Shown one piece after another: positions 48,468-58,267 of a DNA stretch of 64,000 nt. Source of the stretch: Pseudomonadota bacterium (GTDB lineage: Bacteria > Desulfobacterota > Desulfobacteria > Desulfobacterales > JBDRRP01). A model generated the notes under the pieces. The model was not told where the DNA came from. It saw nothing but the letters and a program-made list of their open reading frames with translations, and did no database searches. The translations under genes and the position numbers were made by a program. The stretch spans positions 1 through 64,000 of the forward strand of contig JBDRRP010000015.1 in the NCBI GenBank assembly GCA_043825735.1. The letters are read 5' to 3'. Position 1 is the stretch's first letter, and the number at the start of each line of letters is the position of its first letter.

Positions 48468-49148
48468 CTAAATAGTGTCCGACTGCGGTGCAATACAGGC
48501 GATCGTATTGTTGCGGACCGTGTTGATCACCGTTGAAACGCGGTATCGGGTCAGGGCTGCCTCGGCGTGGTGGCTTATGAGATCGGCCAGTAAATGCGGC
48601 GACATGGCAACGTCCCCCAACCACTGATCATGCCCCCCCTGACCGAGGATAATCGGCATGCGGTCGTGAATTTCCGCGATGCATCCGGTGGCAGCAGTGG
48701 TCAATATCGTGAAGGTTCGCCACTCCGGCCCGCCATCGGCCGGCTGCCAGCGCTCCCAAAGTCCGGCAAAGGACAGTAGCTGCCAGGAGCGGCCATGCAC
48801 GAACCATGGCTGCCGGTGACCCTTTTCGCCGCTCCACTCAAAAAACCCGTCAGCGGGGATGAGGCATCGTCGCTGCTGCAGGGCCCGCCGGAAACTGGTT
48901 TTTTCAGCCACCGTTTCGATCCGTGCGTTGATCATACGGGCGCCAATGCGGGGATCCGTCGCCCACGACGGCACCAACCCCCAGCGCATCTCGGCAATTC
49001 GACGTTTCCCGCCAGATTCGACAACCACCCCGGCGTTCATTCCGGGCGCCAAATTATACACCGGCGGTCTTGCCAGAATTTCTGCAACGGCGTGAAACCG
49101 ACCGGCAAGCGTTTCGATATCGCTGAACTGCGAAAACCGTCCGCACAT
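48468..49148 (-). CDS. SOS response-associated peptidase (SRAP/YedK/HMCES)
   Basis: MCGRF N-terminus, WGLVP, INARIET, RRCLIPADGFFEW, IHDRMP. Confidence 0.95.
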   Translation of the reverse strand: MCGRFSQFSDIETLAGRFHAVAEILARPPVYNLAPGMNAGVVVESGGKRRIAEMRWGLVPSWATDPRIGARMINARIETVAEKTSFRRALQQRRCLIPADGFFEWSGEKGHRQPWFVHGRSWQLLSFAGLWERWQPADGGPEWRTFTILTTAATGCIAEIHDRMPIILGQGGHDQWLGDVAMSPHLLADLISHHAEAALTRYRVSTVINTVRNNTIACIAPQSDTI

Positions 49149-49271
49149 GGTTGAGCATGTCCTGTCGCAATGCGCCGGGGAAGACCGCCGCAGGGTAAAC
49201 ATTCCTGACCCTGAGGGCCAGGCTTTAGGTTGCCCATGAAAGGGGCTTCATTGCTAAAACACAAAGGCAGA

Positions 49272-50741
49272 TTAAAAGTGCTTGGAGGCGCCGGTCATGA
49301 CCACTTTGACTTCCTCGCCAATGGCCGCGGCGTCTTCGCCGGTAATGGCCAAACGCACGAGTGCATCATTGTCTGCAATATCTTCGATGTGTTCATTTCC
49401 GAAAATGGTAAACCCGGCGGCCTCCACTATTCGGTTGGCCAGCCGTAGCACCAACAGCATCTGGTCGGCATCCTCGGGCATGTCGATTTGCTCCTGCTTC
49501 GTCACTGCCCGCAGGATCTCGGGTGGATAGTTCCATCGTCTCAACATGAGCCGCGAAACACTGGTATGGTAGATATCGATGTCTCCCTGGATTTCATCTG
49601 TTTTCACCGAAGGCCGCTTCGGCATCTCATCGGAAAGTGATTTCAACAGCACCACCTTGCCGATGTCATGGGAAAGACCCACGAAAAAAAACGTTTCCAC
49701 ATCCTTCAGTTCCAGTCTTTTGGCAATGCCCGCAGCGGCGTAACCACAGGCCAGAGAATGGAGCCAGAGATTTTCCATCAGTTGCTTGAACCGCACGTGA
49801 TTGGTCTCGAAAAGGCTTTTATTGGCGATGGCGGCCACCAGATTCTGGGTCTCACTGTGCCCCAACCGGGAAATGGCCGTCCGGACGCTAGTGATTTGCT
49901 CCAATCCGCGGTAGTATGGAGAATTGGCAACGGAGATCAAACGGATCGATATGACGGCATCGCACTCGATGACTTTCGCCAGGTCTTCACCGGTGGAATG
50001 CGGATTTTTCAAAACTTCTTCGACATCTTGAACGATACGCGGAAGCACCGGCAAATCGATTTTGCCGGATTTCATCTTCTCAACCACCCCCTCTAAGATC
50101 TCCCGCACCGCCAGGGTGTCGTCTCCTTCAGCGGGCCGACTGCGCTCGCTGCTCTCCTCCAGTTGAAGGAACCTGACGAACTGGTTGAGCAGCATCCGAT
50201 CGTATTGCTTCCCCGCTTGATCGTTGAGGGCGGCAATGGCCTCCTCTGAGCTGAGGGCCTTTCGATGCGGACGATCGGAGGTCATTGCGTCAAAGCTGTC
50301 GACAATCCCGATAATACGGGCGCCCAGTGGAATGGCGTGTCCCTTTATCCCATCCGGATATCCGCTGCCATCGAATGCTTCATGGTGGTGGCGGATCATC
50401 GGGAGGATGCCCCGCAAGATCGTCAGGTTGGCAAGGATGTTTTCGGCGATGACCGGATGCTGGCGGACGATGGCCATTTCATCTTCAGTCAGGGAACCCG
50501 GGGACTGGGTGATCTCCTTTGGGATGTACACCATACCGACATCGTAAAGGAGCCCGGCGAAATAGATTTTATCTGTTTCAGCCTGTTGGGAGAGCTTCAG
50601 TGTTCTCGAGAAGGCCGCACAGGTCCCTGCAACCCGTTCGGCATGCCCCCGCATGTAAGGGTCTTTTTGCTCGATGACCGATACGAGGGTAGATACCAAC
50701 TCGGTAAAAAACTTGTTGATCTGTTTGTCGACGCCGGACAT
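49272..50741 (-). CDS. HD-GYP (degenerate HD) + HDOD domain protein
   Basis: DPY.RGHAERV, LLYDVG, HHE..DGSGYP; LPVLP, SVANSPY, AISRLG, HDIGK. Confidence 0.88.
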   Translation of the reverse strand: MSGVDKQINKFFTELVSTLVSVIEQKDPYMRGHAERVAGTCAAFSRTLKLSQQAETDKIYFAGLLYDVGMVYIPKEITQSPGSLTEDEMAIVRQHPVIAENILANLTILRGILPMIRHHHEAFDGSGYPDGIKGHAIPLGARIIGIVDSFDAMTSDRPHRKALSSEEAIAALNDQAGKQYDRMLLNQFVRFLQLEESSERSRPAEGDDTLAVREILEGVVEKMKSGKIDLPVLPRIVQDVEEVLKNPHSTGEDLAKVIECDAVISIRLISVANSPYYRGLEQITSVRTAISRLGHSETQNLVAAIANKSLFETNHVRFKQLMENLWLHSLACGYAAAGIAKRLELKDVETFFFVGLSHDIGKVVLLKSLSDEMPKRPSVKTDEIQGDIDIYHTSVSRLMLRRWNYPPEILRAVTKQEQIDMPEDADQMLLVLRLANRIVEAAGFTIFGNEHIEDIADNDALVRLAITGEDAAAIGEEVKVVMTGASKHF

Positions 50742-50956
50742 GATCACCCCGTCTGATTCTGGCAACCGTTCCGATAAACGATCATTCAGCGCAATCGCAA
50801 TTTCGTATATAACCCCTGTGAACGCCCGCGTCAATTAGGGCCGGAAGATTAGAGGACATGGAAATCGCAGCGGATACGCTCGCGCAAAATAGTCTTAAAT
50901 CTTCCTTGATCACGCCCGCAAAGGAATTTTATAGTCACTGCATGGAGGACACTGCG

Positions 50957-51457
50957 ATGAAAATAAAAATCTACACCGTCGGCGGTACCATCGATAAAGT
51001 CTACTTTGATAGAAAGGGCACCTTCGAGATCGGCGAACCCAAAATCGGGGAGATCCTCGAGGAAGCCGGCGTTGTCTTCGACTTCGAGCTGGACGCCGTA
51101 CTTTACAAAGACAGTCTCGATATGACCGATGAAGACCGTCAGTTGATATTCGACCGGGTGGCGGCCGACAGCGTCAAACACATCGTTTTGACGCATGGCA
51201 CCGACAGTATGGCTGAAACGGCGGAAAAAATTTCTACCATTGCCGGCAAGACCATGGTGCTGACCGGCGCCATGCAACCGGCGCGGTTTAAGACCAGCGA
51301 TGCCGCGTTCAATATCGGTTGTGCGGTGGCTGCCGTTCAGCTGCTTCCCCCGGGTGCGTATATCGCCATGAACGGGTGTATTTTTACCGCCGGGCAGGTC
51401 AGAAAAAATGTCGAAAAAGGTCGGTTCGAGGCAATACCGACCTCAGCGGGGCCGTGA
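50957..51457 (+). CDS. Short single-domain asparaginase-family protein
   Basis: TVGGTIDK, KDSLDM, LTHGTDSM, VLTGAMQP, DAAFN. Confidence 0.88.
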   Translation: MKIKIYTVGGTIDKVYFDRKGTFEIGEPKIGEILEEAGVVFDFELDAVLYKDSLDMTDEDRQLIFDRVAADSVKHIVLTHGTDSMAETAEKISTIAGKTMVLTGAMQPARFKTSDAAFNIGCAVAAVQLLPPGAYIAMNGCIFTAGQVRKNVEKGRFEAIPTSAGP

Positions 51458-51524
51458 CGGCGACGCTGTTCAGGAGCGCGCAGCAGTCGCCCTCGAAAGA
51501 GCGGTATCCATCGCGTGGGCCGGA

Positions 51525-52514
51525 TCAGGCCGGCGCGTCGGAGCGCCGCGGCTCGGCCGTCATCCTGGCGATGCGCTGGTCCTTTTTCTCCCACAACGTA
51601 TTGAAGTGGGACTGAATCCGCTTACGAAAATCCTGGTCCGCCACATAATCGCCCACCAGTCCATCGGCAACCGGCAGCATTTCGATATCGACCCGGACCA
51701 TGGCGACACGGCCACAGACAAGATCCCAGTACGTGGGCGGCCCCTGAGGATAAACGATGGTTACATCCAGTATGGCGCTCAGATGTGTGTGCATCGCATT
51801 GAAGACGATGGCAGCCCCCCCGCACTTGGGTCGCAACAAATACCGGTATGGTGATTTCTGGCGGTGCTGCTTTTCGGGCGTGCAGCGCGTTCCCTCCACA
51901 AAATTCATCACGGTGACCGGCAGCCGTTTGAATTTCTCGCAGGCCTTCATGGCGACGTCCAGATCGCCGGTGGCATTCCGCCGCTTTCCGCGGGCCGAGC
52001 GTTTCATGAAAGGAAAATCCAGTATCCACCAGGCGAATCCCAGCAGCGGCATCCACAGCAGTTCCTGCTTGATGAAAAACTTGAGCATGGGCACGCGGCG
52101 GTTAAACACTTTTTGCAATACGAGGATGTCCACCCAGGATTGATGGTTGGCCACCAGCATATACCAGTTCCCATGGGATAGCCCCTCACGACCGGTGATC
52201 TCCCAGCAAGTAGGCGTCAATCGGTCAAGGATCCAGTTGTTGATAGCAATCCAGGTTTCGGCGATACGGTTGAGGAAACGGTCGCAACCGTTGCGAAGCC
52301 GCCCCCATCCGGAGAGGAGCTTAATCGGCGCAATCAATGCCATGAGCGTAACGCACGCGGCGGTGTTCACCGCCATCCCGATAAAAACCGCCGCGCCAAT
52401 AATTCGAACCGCCAGCCACCTCAGGGGACCGACCCCTAGCGTGGACAATGATTCAGCGGCAGGCACCGTTTCCGGCATTGCCCCAACCGATGCTTTAGCA
52501 ATATCTGACTTCAT
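51525..52514 (-). CDS. PlsC/YihG-like acyltransferase (start uncertain)
   Basis: NHQSWVD, KFFIKQEL, FPFMKR, NFVEGTR, LDVTIVY. Confidence 0.88.
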   Translation of the reverse strand: MKSDIAKASVGAMPETVPAAESLSTLGVGPLRWLAVRIIGAAVFIGMAVNTAACVTLMALIAPIKLLSGWGRLRNGCDRFLNRIAETWIAINNWILDRLTPTCWEITGREGLSHGNWYMLVANHQSWVDILVLQKVFNRRVPMLKFFIKQELLWMPLLGFAWWILDFPFMKRSARGKRRNATGDLDVAMKACEKFKRLPVTVMNFVEGTRCTPEKQHRQKSPYRYLLRPKCGGAAIVFNAMHTHLSAILDVTIVYPQGPPTYWDLVCGRVAMVRVDIEMLPVADGLVGDYVADQDFRKRIQSHFNTLWEKKDQRIARMTAEPRRSDAPA

Positions 52515-52726
52515 GCCGAAAGAATCCTCCGTACGTATAGTCGCCACCGGCTGTGACCGGGTACCGGGGAAACTGTCTTCCCGAGCGATTTTGGTAAGAT
52601 ACCGAAAACCGATGACAAGGAACAGGGCGGAGGCATCAGCCTGCAGGGTTTTACAGAATTTTTACAAACCAGCCCACAGCGCTGCACCGTTGACTTGTTC
52701 TCCCGGGATAAGGTAACTGGAATGCT

Positions 52727-53701
52727 ATGAAACGCGCCCCGTGGTTTATGCACCCCATCAGCATGTTTGTCTTTTCCACCCTGGCCCTGGGGCTATCTCT
52801 TTTTCTGTACATCCACTGGTACATGGCCGCCAGCGCCAACCTGCGGTCTCTGGCGCAGCGGTTCAATCTTAATCCGAACCAGCTTTTAGCACCGCAGACC
52901 TGGGTAGTCATCGTTGTGCTCTCGGTCCTGGTGGGAATCATTCTGATGGGCATTTTCACCATCTTTGTCTACCAGCAGAAGACCCTCCAGCTTTTCACCC
53001 TGCAACATACCTTTATCAACAATTTCACCCATGAGCTGAAAACGCCGGTCACCTCTCTGCGGCTGTTTCTGCAAACCTTTTTAAAACACGACCTGAGCCG
53101 CAAGGACCAGGAAAAATACATCCACTATATGTTGGCCGACATTGCCCGGCTGACAGCCACCATCAACTGCATCCTCAATCTGGCCCACCTGGAAAGCAAA
53201 AGTTACCAGGCCAGTTTCGAAGACCACGACTTGATGGCTGTGATCGAAAAGGTCATCGCAGACAACGCCATCATCCTCGTCGGATGCAGCGTCAAAATCT
53301 GCCAGCGCCCGCCAGAGCCCCTGATCATCGCCATCGACCGCACCCTGATGGAGATGCTGGTGATCAACCTGGTCACCAACGCCATAAAGCACAACGCCTC
53401 AGAAACCCCCTCCGTAGAGATCGGGGTTTACATTCAGGGGCGCCAGGTCCATGTTGATTTCAAAGACAACGGGATCGGATTGAGCGCCAAGGAAATCAAA
53501 AAAATATTTAGAAAGTTTTACCAGGCTCGAAGTACGACGGGCAAAGTGCTGACACGCGGCAGTGGACTGGGGCTGCATCTGGCGCAAAGCATCGCCCGCC
53601 TGCACCGGGGCCGGATCACGGCCATCAGCGACGGACCTGACCTGGGCGCCGTCTTCAGACTTATGCTGCCCTACGGACAGCGGCCGCGCATCGGAGGGTA
53701 A
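52727..53701 (+). CDS. Sensor histidine kinase
   Basis: Two TMs, THELKTP, NLVTNAIKH, DNGIG, GSGLGL. Confidence 0.94.
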   Translation: MKRAPWFMHPISMFVFSTLALGLSLFLYIHWYMAASANLRSLAQRFNLNPNQLLAPQTWVVIVVLSVLVGIILMGIFTIFVYQQKTLQLFTLQHTFINNFTHELKTPVTSLRLFLQTFLKHDLSRKDQEKYIHYMLADIARLTATINCILNLAHLESKSYQASFEDHDLMAVIEKVIADNAIILVGCSVKICQRPPEPLIIAIDRTLMEMLVINLVTNAIKHNASETPSVEIGVYIQGRQVHVDFKDNGIGLSAKEIKKIFRKFYQARSTTGKVLTRGSGLGLHLAQSIARLHRGRITAISDGPDLGAVFRLMLPYGQRPRIGG

Positions 53702-53705
53702 AATC

Positions 53706-54437
53706 ATGAAAGCAAACGATAGGCAAAGGGTCCTCATCATAGAGGACGATCCGCATATCGCCGAGGGGCTGAAATTGAACCTGGAGATGCAGGGATATAC
53801 AGTCATCATTTCCGGAGACGGTGTCAGCGGTCTCGCATCATGGAAACACTGGCAGCCGCATCTGATCGTTCTCGACATCATGCTGCCGGGCATCGACGGT
53901 CTTTCCGTCCTTCAGAGCATTCGTCTTGAAGACGAGCGGCTGCCCATCCTGATTCTTTCGGCCAGAGCCACTGTAGACGACAAGGTCAAAGGGCTCAGCT
54001 ACGGCGTGGACGACTATCTGTCCAAGCCTTTCAATCTGGAAGAATTCATGCTGCGGGTTGAAAGGTTGCTCAAGCGCGCCTATTGGGAAAAGCAGATGCC
54101 CCCATCCGGTATCGCCGAACTGCCGGATATCCCGGACCAGCTAACCTTTGGTGAAAACCGGATCGACATGCAAACCGGCATGGCCCAGTGCCAGACCGGC
54201 AGCGTTCAGCTCACCGAGCAGGAACTCAAACTGCTGAAACTCTTTGTCCGTCATCGGGGGAAACCACTGCGCAGAAGCAAGATACTGGAAATCGGCTGGG
54301 GGTACACCGGCGGGATGACCACCCGAACGGTGGACAACTTCATCGTGCGGTTTAGAAAATACTTTGAAAACGATCCAAAAAATCCGGAATTTTTCAAAAG
54401 CATCCGTGGCGTGGGCTACGTCTTTGACAACCGTTGA
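53706..54437 (+). CDS. OmpR-family response regulator
   Basis: IEDD, LDIMLPG, DDYLSKPF, RTVDNFI, IRGVGY. Confidence 0.95.
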   Translation: MKANDRQRVLIIEDDPHIAEGLKLNLEMQGYTVIISGDGVSGLASWKHWQPHLIVLDIMLPGIDGLSVLQSIRLEDERLPILILSARATVDDKVKGLSYGVDDYLSKPFNLEEFMLRVERLLKRAYWEKQMPPSGIAELPDIPDQLTFGENRIDMQTGMAQCQTGSVQLTEQELKLLKLFVRHRGKPLRRSKILEIGWGYTGGMTTRTVDNFIVRFRKYFENDPKNPEFFKSIRGVGYVFDNR

Positions 54438-54582
54438 TGAAGCCTTTCCCGGAGCGTAACCATTGATTTTCGCGCCCCTTATCGGGGGTGATATCAGGGC
54501 ACAAGATAGTGTCCGCCCAGAAATGGTAGATTCTGGTTCAGAGCAAGGCTTGAGCATTTTCGAAACCGCAGGAATAGCGGAG

Positions 54583-55032
54583 CTATTTGTCTTGATCCGG
54601 AAACAGCAGCCTGTCGACAATCAATGCATGAAAATCGGCAGCACCCGCGGAGGTAAACCGCCAGCCCAAATGGACCTGACAGCGGCCACACACGGCGATA
54701 CGCCATCTGAAGCCTTTAAACCACGTGAACTCATCGGTTTCCTGCCCCACATAGACAATGGCGCGCACTTGACTGAAGCAGTCAATCTCGAAGACCGCCC
54801 CCATGGGATTGGCAAAAGTGTGCCGGTGGGCCCCCTGAACGGAAATCCGGTACGGCAGGGCAGTGATGTTCTCACGGCACTGGCGGCACAGGATGCTTCG
54901 CGGGTCCTCATCGTCCAACGCGGGCGATTGCCTGGGCATCGGCAGCGACCCGCCGCCCGGGGGCTCGCAAGGCGGCGACTTTGCCACCATACCGGGCAAT
55001 ACGCCCCATGGCGCATCGCTGGAGGACACCAT
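54583..55032 (-). CDS. Bacterial cereblon-family (CULT/thalidomide-binding domain) protein; start uncertain
   Basis: CRQC, HTFANPMG, EFTWFKGFRWRIAVCGRCQVHLGW. Confidence 0.88.
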   Translation of the reverse strand: MVSSSDAPWGVLPGMVAKSPPCEPPGGGSLPMPRQSPALDDEDPRSILCRQCRENITALPYRISVQGAHRHTFANPMGAVFEIDCFSQVRAIVYVGQETDEFTWFKGFRWRIAVCGRCQVHLGWRFTSAGAADFHALIVDRLLFPDQDK

Positions 55033-55631
55033 CCATTGCCGTACCCCGCACCGTGACACGATCCGCTCCCCCATCCGTCGGCTTGCCGGACCCGGCATCG
55101 CTCGGTATTCCTTGGGCCAGCGCCGGGCAGTGGTCGGCCGCCCACAAGGCCCTTGCCTTTGTGAAATGTCGCCAGGAGGACCGCCTGCGGCCGGTGTCTC
55201 ACAGTGCCACGGCCACGGGCGTCGCCATCCGGGCGTTCCACGACCTTGCCGCGGAACTGGCCCTGTCCAGTTGCCGTTTCTGTCCGGCCCCTTGCTGCGC
55301 TGCAGCGGCCCCATGGTACGACTTTACAGACCTGTTGATGATCCATTTTGGCGGCATGCCCACGCCACCGGGGCAGCCCATCATCGACTACGGCGACCGC
55401 TGCCGGTACCTGGGACCTGCGGGCTGTCGCCTGCCCCGTCCGCAGCGGCCATGGATCTGCGCGTGGTACACCTGCCCAGTGCAGCGGGCCGCGCTTTCCC
55501 GTATCCCCGCCACAGCCCGCGAATACGCCAACCTGGCAGCACAGATCCAACGCCGACGGCGTCAGCTGGAACAGTCCTTTATCGAAATAACCGCCGGTCG
55601 AGCCATGGCGCCGCCGGAGCTATTTTTATAG
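54981..55631 (+). CDS. Cys-cluster protein (YkgJ/CxxCxxCC-like); start uncertain
   Basis: CRFCPAPCC, CRYLGPAGCRL..RPWICAWYTC. Confidence 0.65.
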   Translation: MPPYRAIRPMAHRWRTPSIAVPRTVTRSAPPSVGLPDPASLGIPWASAGQWSAAHKALAFVKCRQEDRLRPVSHSATATGVAIRAFHDLAAELALSSCRFCPAPCCAAAAPWYDFTDLLMIHFGGMPTPPGQPIIDYGDRCRYLGPAGCRLPRPQRPWICAWYTCPVQRAALSRIPATAREYANLAAQIQRRRRQLEQSFIEITAGRAMAPPELFL

Positions 55632-55806
55632 CACATCTCTGCGGCAGGCACCATCGAAGCCTTCCGCCGGCATGGCCCTTCCGGCCGGCAGTGATTGTCC
55701 TGCCCGGCAGTGCTGTGGTATGACGGGGCGTGACGCCGGCCATGATCAATATCTGCCGGAATGATATACATGTTATGCATTCCGAACGGAAAAGGACGGT
55801 TTTCCC

Positions 55807-57324
55807 ATGAACGGGCTCAAACGGTTGACCACTGAAGAGCGGGATTTTTTCGCAATGGTATACAATGCCGGCATCGCCAACCCTTTCGGTAGCGAACGGG
55901 TGGCACTTGATTTGAAAATAGCCGGCCTTTTTCCGGACGCGTCACGCTCGGAGCGCATTGAAAAGACGGTCTACGAAGTGGGACGCCGGATTAAAGGGCT
56001 CGAAGCCGACCGCCGGGGGGCCCTTCACCACTATGTCGAAAGCGACCGCAGCTTGGTGAAGGCCGCCTTTCTGTTTGAGTTTTTTTACACCTTCCGCAAG
56101 CGGTTCGATCAAATCATCCTTGAGCAGATGGCTGCCGGCGACACCCCCATCACGGTTTCTTTTGCCGGGGAAGCCTTTTCTCTGCTGCAGCGACGGGGGT
56201 TCCTCGAAGCGGACATTCCCCGTTATTTTGCTCTCAGCTACCAGCTCAGGCGGGCTTTTTTCTTCATCTTCCGCAGCCTCATCGGCAACAGCACGGCCAT
56301 GAAACGGCTGCGTCGCAGCCTGTGGCAGAATATTTTCACTCACAACCTCGATTTCTATGACCGATACCTCTGGAACCGGATGGAGGATTTTTCCACCCTG
56401 ATCCTGGGCGAAACCGGCACCGGAAAGGGGACCGCGGCCCTGGCCATCGGCCGCTCCGGATTCATTCCGTTCGAACCCCGCACCCAGACCTTTGTCGAAA
56501 GCTTCACCCGTTCCTTCGTATCACTGAACCTGTCACAGTTTCCGGAAACACTGATTGAATCAGAGCTTTTCGGCCACAAAAAGGGCGCTTTCACGGGCGC
56601 GGTCAAGGATCACCGGGGCGCATTCGCCCGCTGCAGCCCCTATGGCGCCATCCTGCTGGATGAAATTGGAGAAGTCCCTGAGCCCATCCAGATCAAACTG
56701 CTGGAAGTCCTTCAGGAACGCACCTTCTCACCGGTGGGCAGCCACGAACATGGCCGCTTTCAAGGGCGGGTCATCGCCGCCACCAACCGCACCCTGAAGG
56801 ACATCCGTGAAAAACGCATATTCCGGGACGACTTCTATTACCGATTGACTTCCGACATTATCACCGTTCCGCCGCTAAGACAGAGACTGGCCGAAAATCC
56901 CGCCGAACTGGAAGATTTGCTCACGCACACTGTTGAACGCATGGTGGGAAAGCCTTATCCCGAGTTGGTGGCCATGGTTCGCGATGTCATCGACCAGCAC
57001 CTGGGCGCCCAGTACCCTTGGCAGGGCAATGTGAGAGAACTCGAGCAGTGTGTCCGGAGGGTATTGCTAAAACGGGACTACGGCGGTGACAGAGGACAGG
57101 GCGATGCGGATCTGGGTGACGTCTTAAGCGCAGGACTCTCGGGCGGGCTGCTGGACGGCCGGCAGCTGCTTTCCGGGTACTGCTATCTGCTCTATCAGCG
57201 CCACGGGACCTACGAGGAAGTGGCTCGCCGCACATTGCTGGATCGCCGAACGGTGAAAAAATATATCACCGAATGGGCCACGCGCCGCCCTGAGGCCGAG
57301 AAGGGAAAACCGCGCCATGACTGA
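55807..57324 (+). CDS. Sigma54-dependent transcriptional activator
   Basis: GETGTGK, ESELFGHKKGAFTGA, LLDEIGE, IAATN, FRDDFYYRL, WQGNVREL, C-terminal HTH. Confidence 0.92.
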   Translation: MNGLKRLTTEERDFFAMVYNAGIANPFGSERVALDLKIAGLFPDASRSERIEKTVYEVGRRIKGLEADRRGALHHYVESDRSLVKAAFLFEFFYTFRKRFDQIILEQMAAGDTPITVSFAGEAFSLLQRRGFLEADIPRYFALSYQLRRAFFFIFRSLIGNSTAMKRLRRSLWQNIFTHNLDFYDRYLWNRMEDFSTLILGETGTGKGTAALAIGRSGFIPFEPRTQTFVESFTRSFVSLNLSQFPETLIESELFGHKKGAFTGAVKDHRGAFARCSPYGAILLDEIGEVPEPIQIKLLEVLQERTFSPVGSHEHGRFQGRVIAATNRTLKDIREKRIFRDDFYYRLTSDIITVPPLRQRLAENPAELEDLLTHTVERMVGKPYPELVAMVRDVIDQHLGAQYPWQGNVRELEQCVRRVLLKRDYGGDRGQGDADLGDVLSAGLSGGLLDGRQLLSGYCYLLYQRHGTYEEVARRTLLDRRTVKKYITEWATRRPEAEKGKPRHD

Positions 57325-57985
57325 AGGCAAAACCGCCGCAATTGTCGCCAACGGCAGTGATGACGGGCTCCCCGGCATTTTAGCAAATCTGTCCACTGTG
57401 GACATGATCATTGCCGCAGACGGCGGCGCCGACGCCTGCTGGCACATCGGGGTGACCCCGACCCTGATCGTCGGGGATCTGGATTCCATCACCGATGCGG
57501 CGCGGCAAGCATTCGAGGCTGCCCGAGTTCCGTTTATTACGCACCCGGCAGACAAGGACAGCAGTGATCTCGAACTTGCCATTACCGAAGCCGTGTCCCG
57601 GGGTGCCGAGCGAATTGCCATCTACTGCGCCATGGGCGGGCGCTGGGACATGACAGCCGCCAACATGTTTCTGCTGATGGCACCCTGCCTGAAAAACACC
57701 ACCACGATCATCACCGACGGCCGCCAGCATATCCGTCTGCTGCGCGCCGGCGATCGGATCCGCCTCAAGGGGCGGCGTGGCGATACCTTGTCTTTGATCC
57801 CGGTGGGGGCGCCGGCCCTGGGGGTCAACGCCACAGGCGTGGTGTGGCCGCTGAAAGACGACGTTTTATACCCCTGGCAGACCCGCGGTGTCAGCAACCG
57901 ATTTGCCGGAACCGCCGCGGACATCGCCCTTGCCGGCGGATGCCTCCTGTGCATTCACACCGAAAATACAATGCCTCAAGGATGA
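57317..57985 (+). CDS. thiN: Thiamine diphosphokinase
   Basis: IAADGG, VGDLDS, KDSSDLE, GGRWD, RGVSN. Confidence 0.9.
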   Translation: MTEGKTAAIVANGSDDGLPGILANLSTVDMIIAADGGADACWHIGVTPTLIVGDLDSITDAARQAFEAARVPFITHPADKDSSDLELAITEAVSRGAERIAIYCAMGGRWDMTAANMFLLMAPCLKNTTTIITDGRQHIRLLRAGDRIRLKGRRGDTLSLIPVGAPALGVNATGVVWPLKDDVLYPWQTRGVSNRFAGTAADIALAGGCLLCIHTENTMPQG

Positions 57986-57992
57986 CTTGTGG

Positions 57993-58202
57993 AACCACGA
58001 AACACACGAAATACACGAAAATAAAACAATTGATCTCGTGGTTTTTATTCTTTAGTTTTAATATGTTGCTCTGTTGCGGCAGCTGCAGGCAAGGCGCGCT
58101 CACTTTGGGCTGCGGCGACGCTTCATAGAAACGGCAGCAATCTTACTTGGGTATTGTGTATAACCGGATTGTTTTTTCGTGTGTTTCGTGTGCTCCATGG
58201 TT
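57993..58202. repeat. Inverted 9-mer triple-repeat arms between convergent genes
   Basis: aaccacgaaacacacgaaatacacgaaa / ttttcgtgtgtttcgtgtgctccatggtt. Confidence 0.8.
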
Positions 58203-58267
58203 AAAAAATGCAGTTGTCCTTTTCATTGCCGCGTAGGCTTGATAAAGCCGCAAATAGACAGGGAGCG

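Noticed and set aside
1014..58202. Short repeats as a CRISPR array
   Set aside because: Units are 6-9 nt, tandem without unique spacers and dispersed; no cas genes are present.
58227..58252. Fourth copy of the 23-nt micro-element
   Set aside because: Shares only a GCC-N5-GGCTT hairpin with the reverse complement; too divergent to call.
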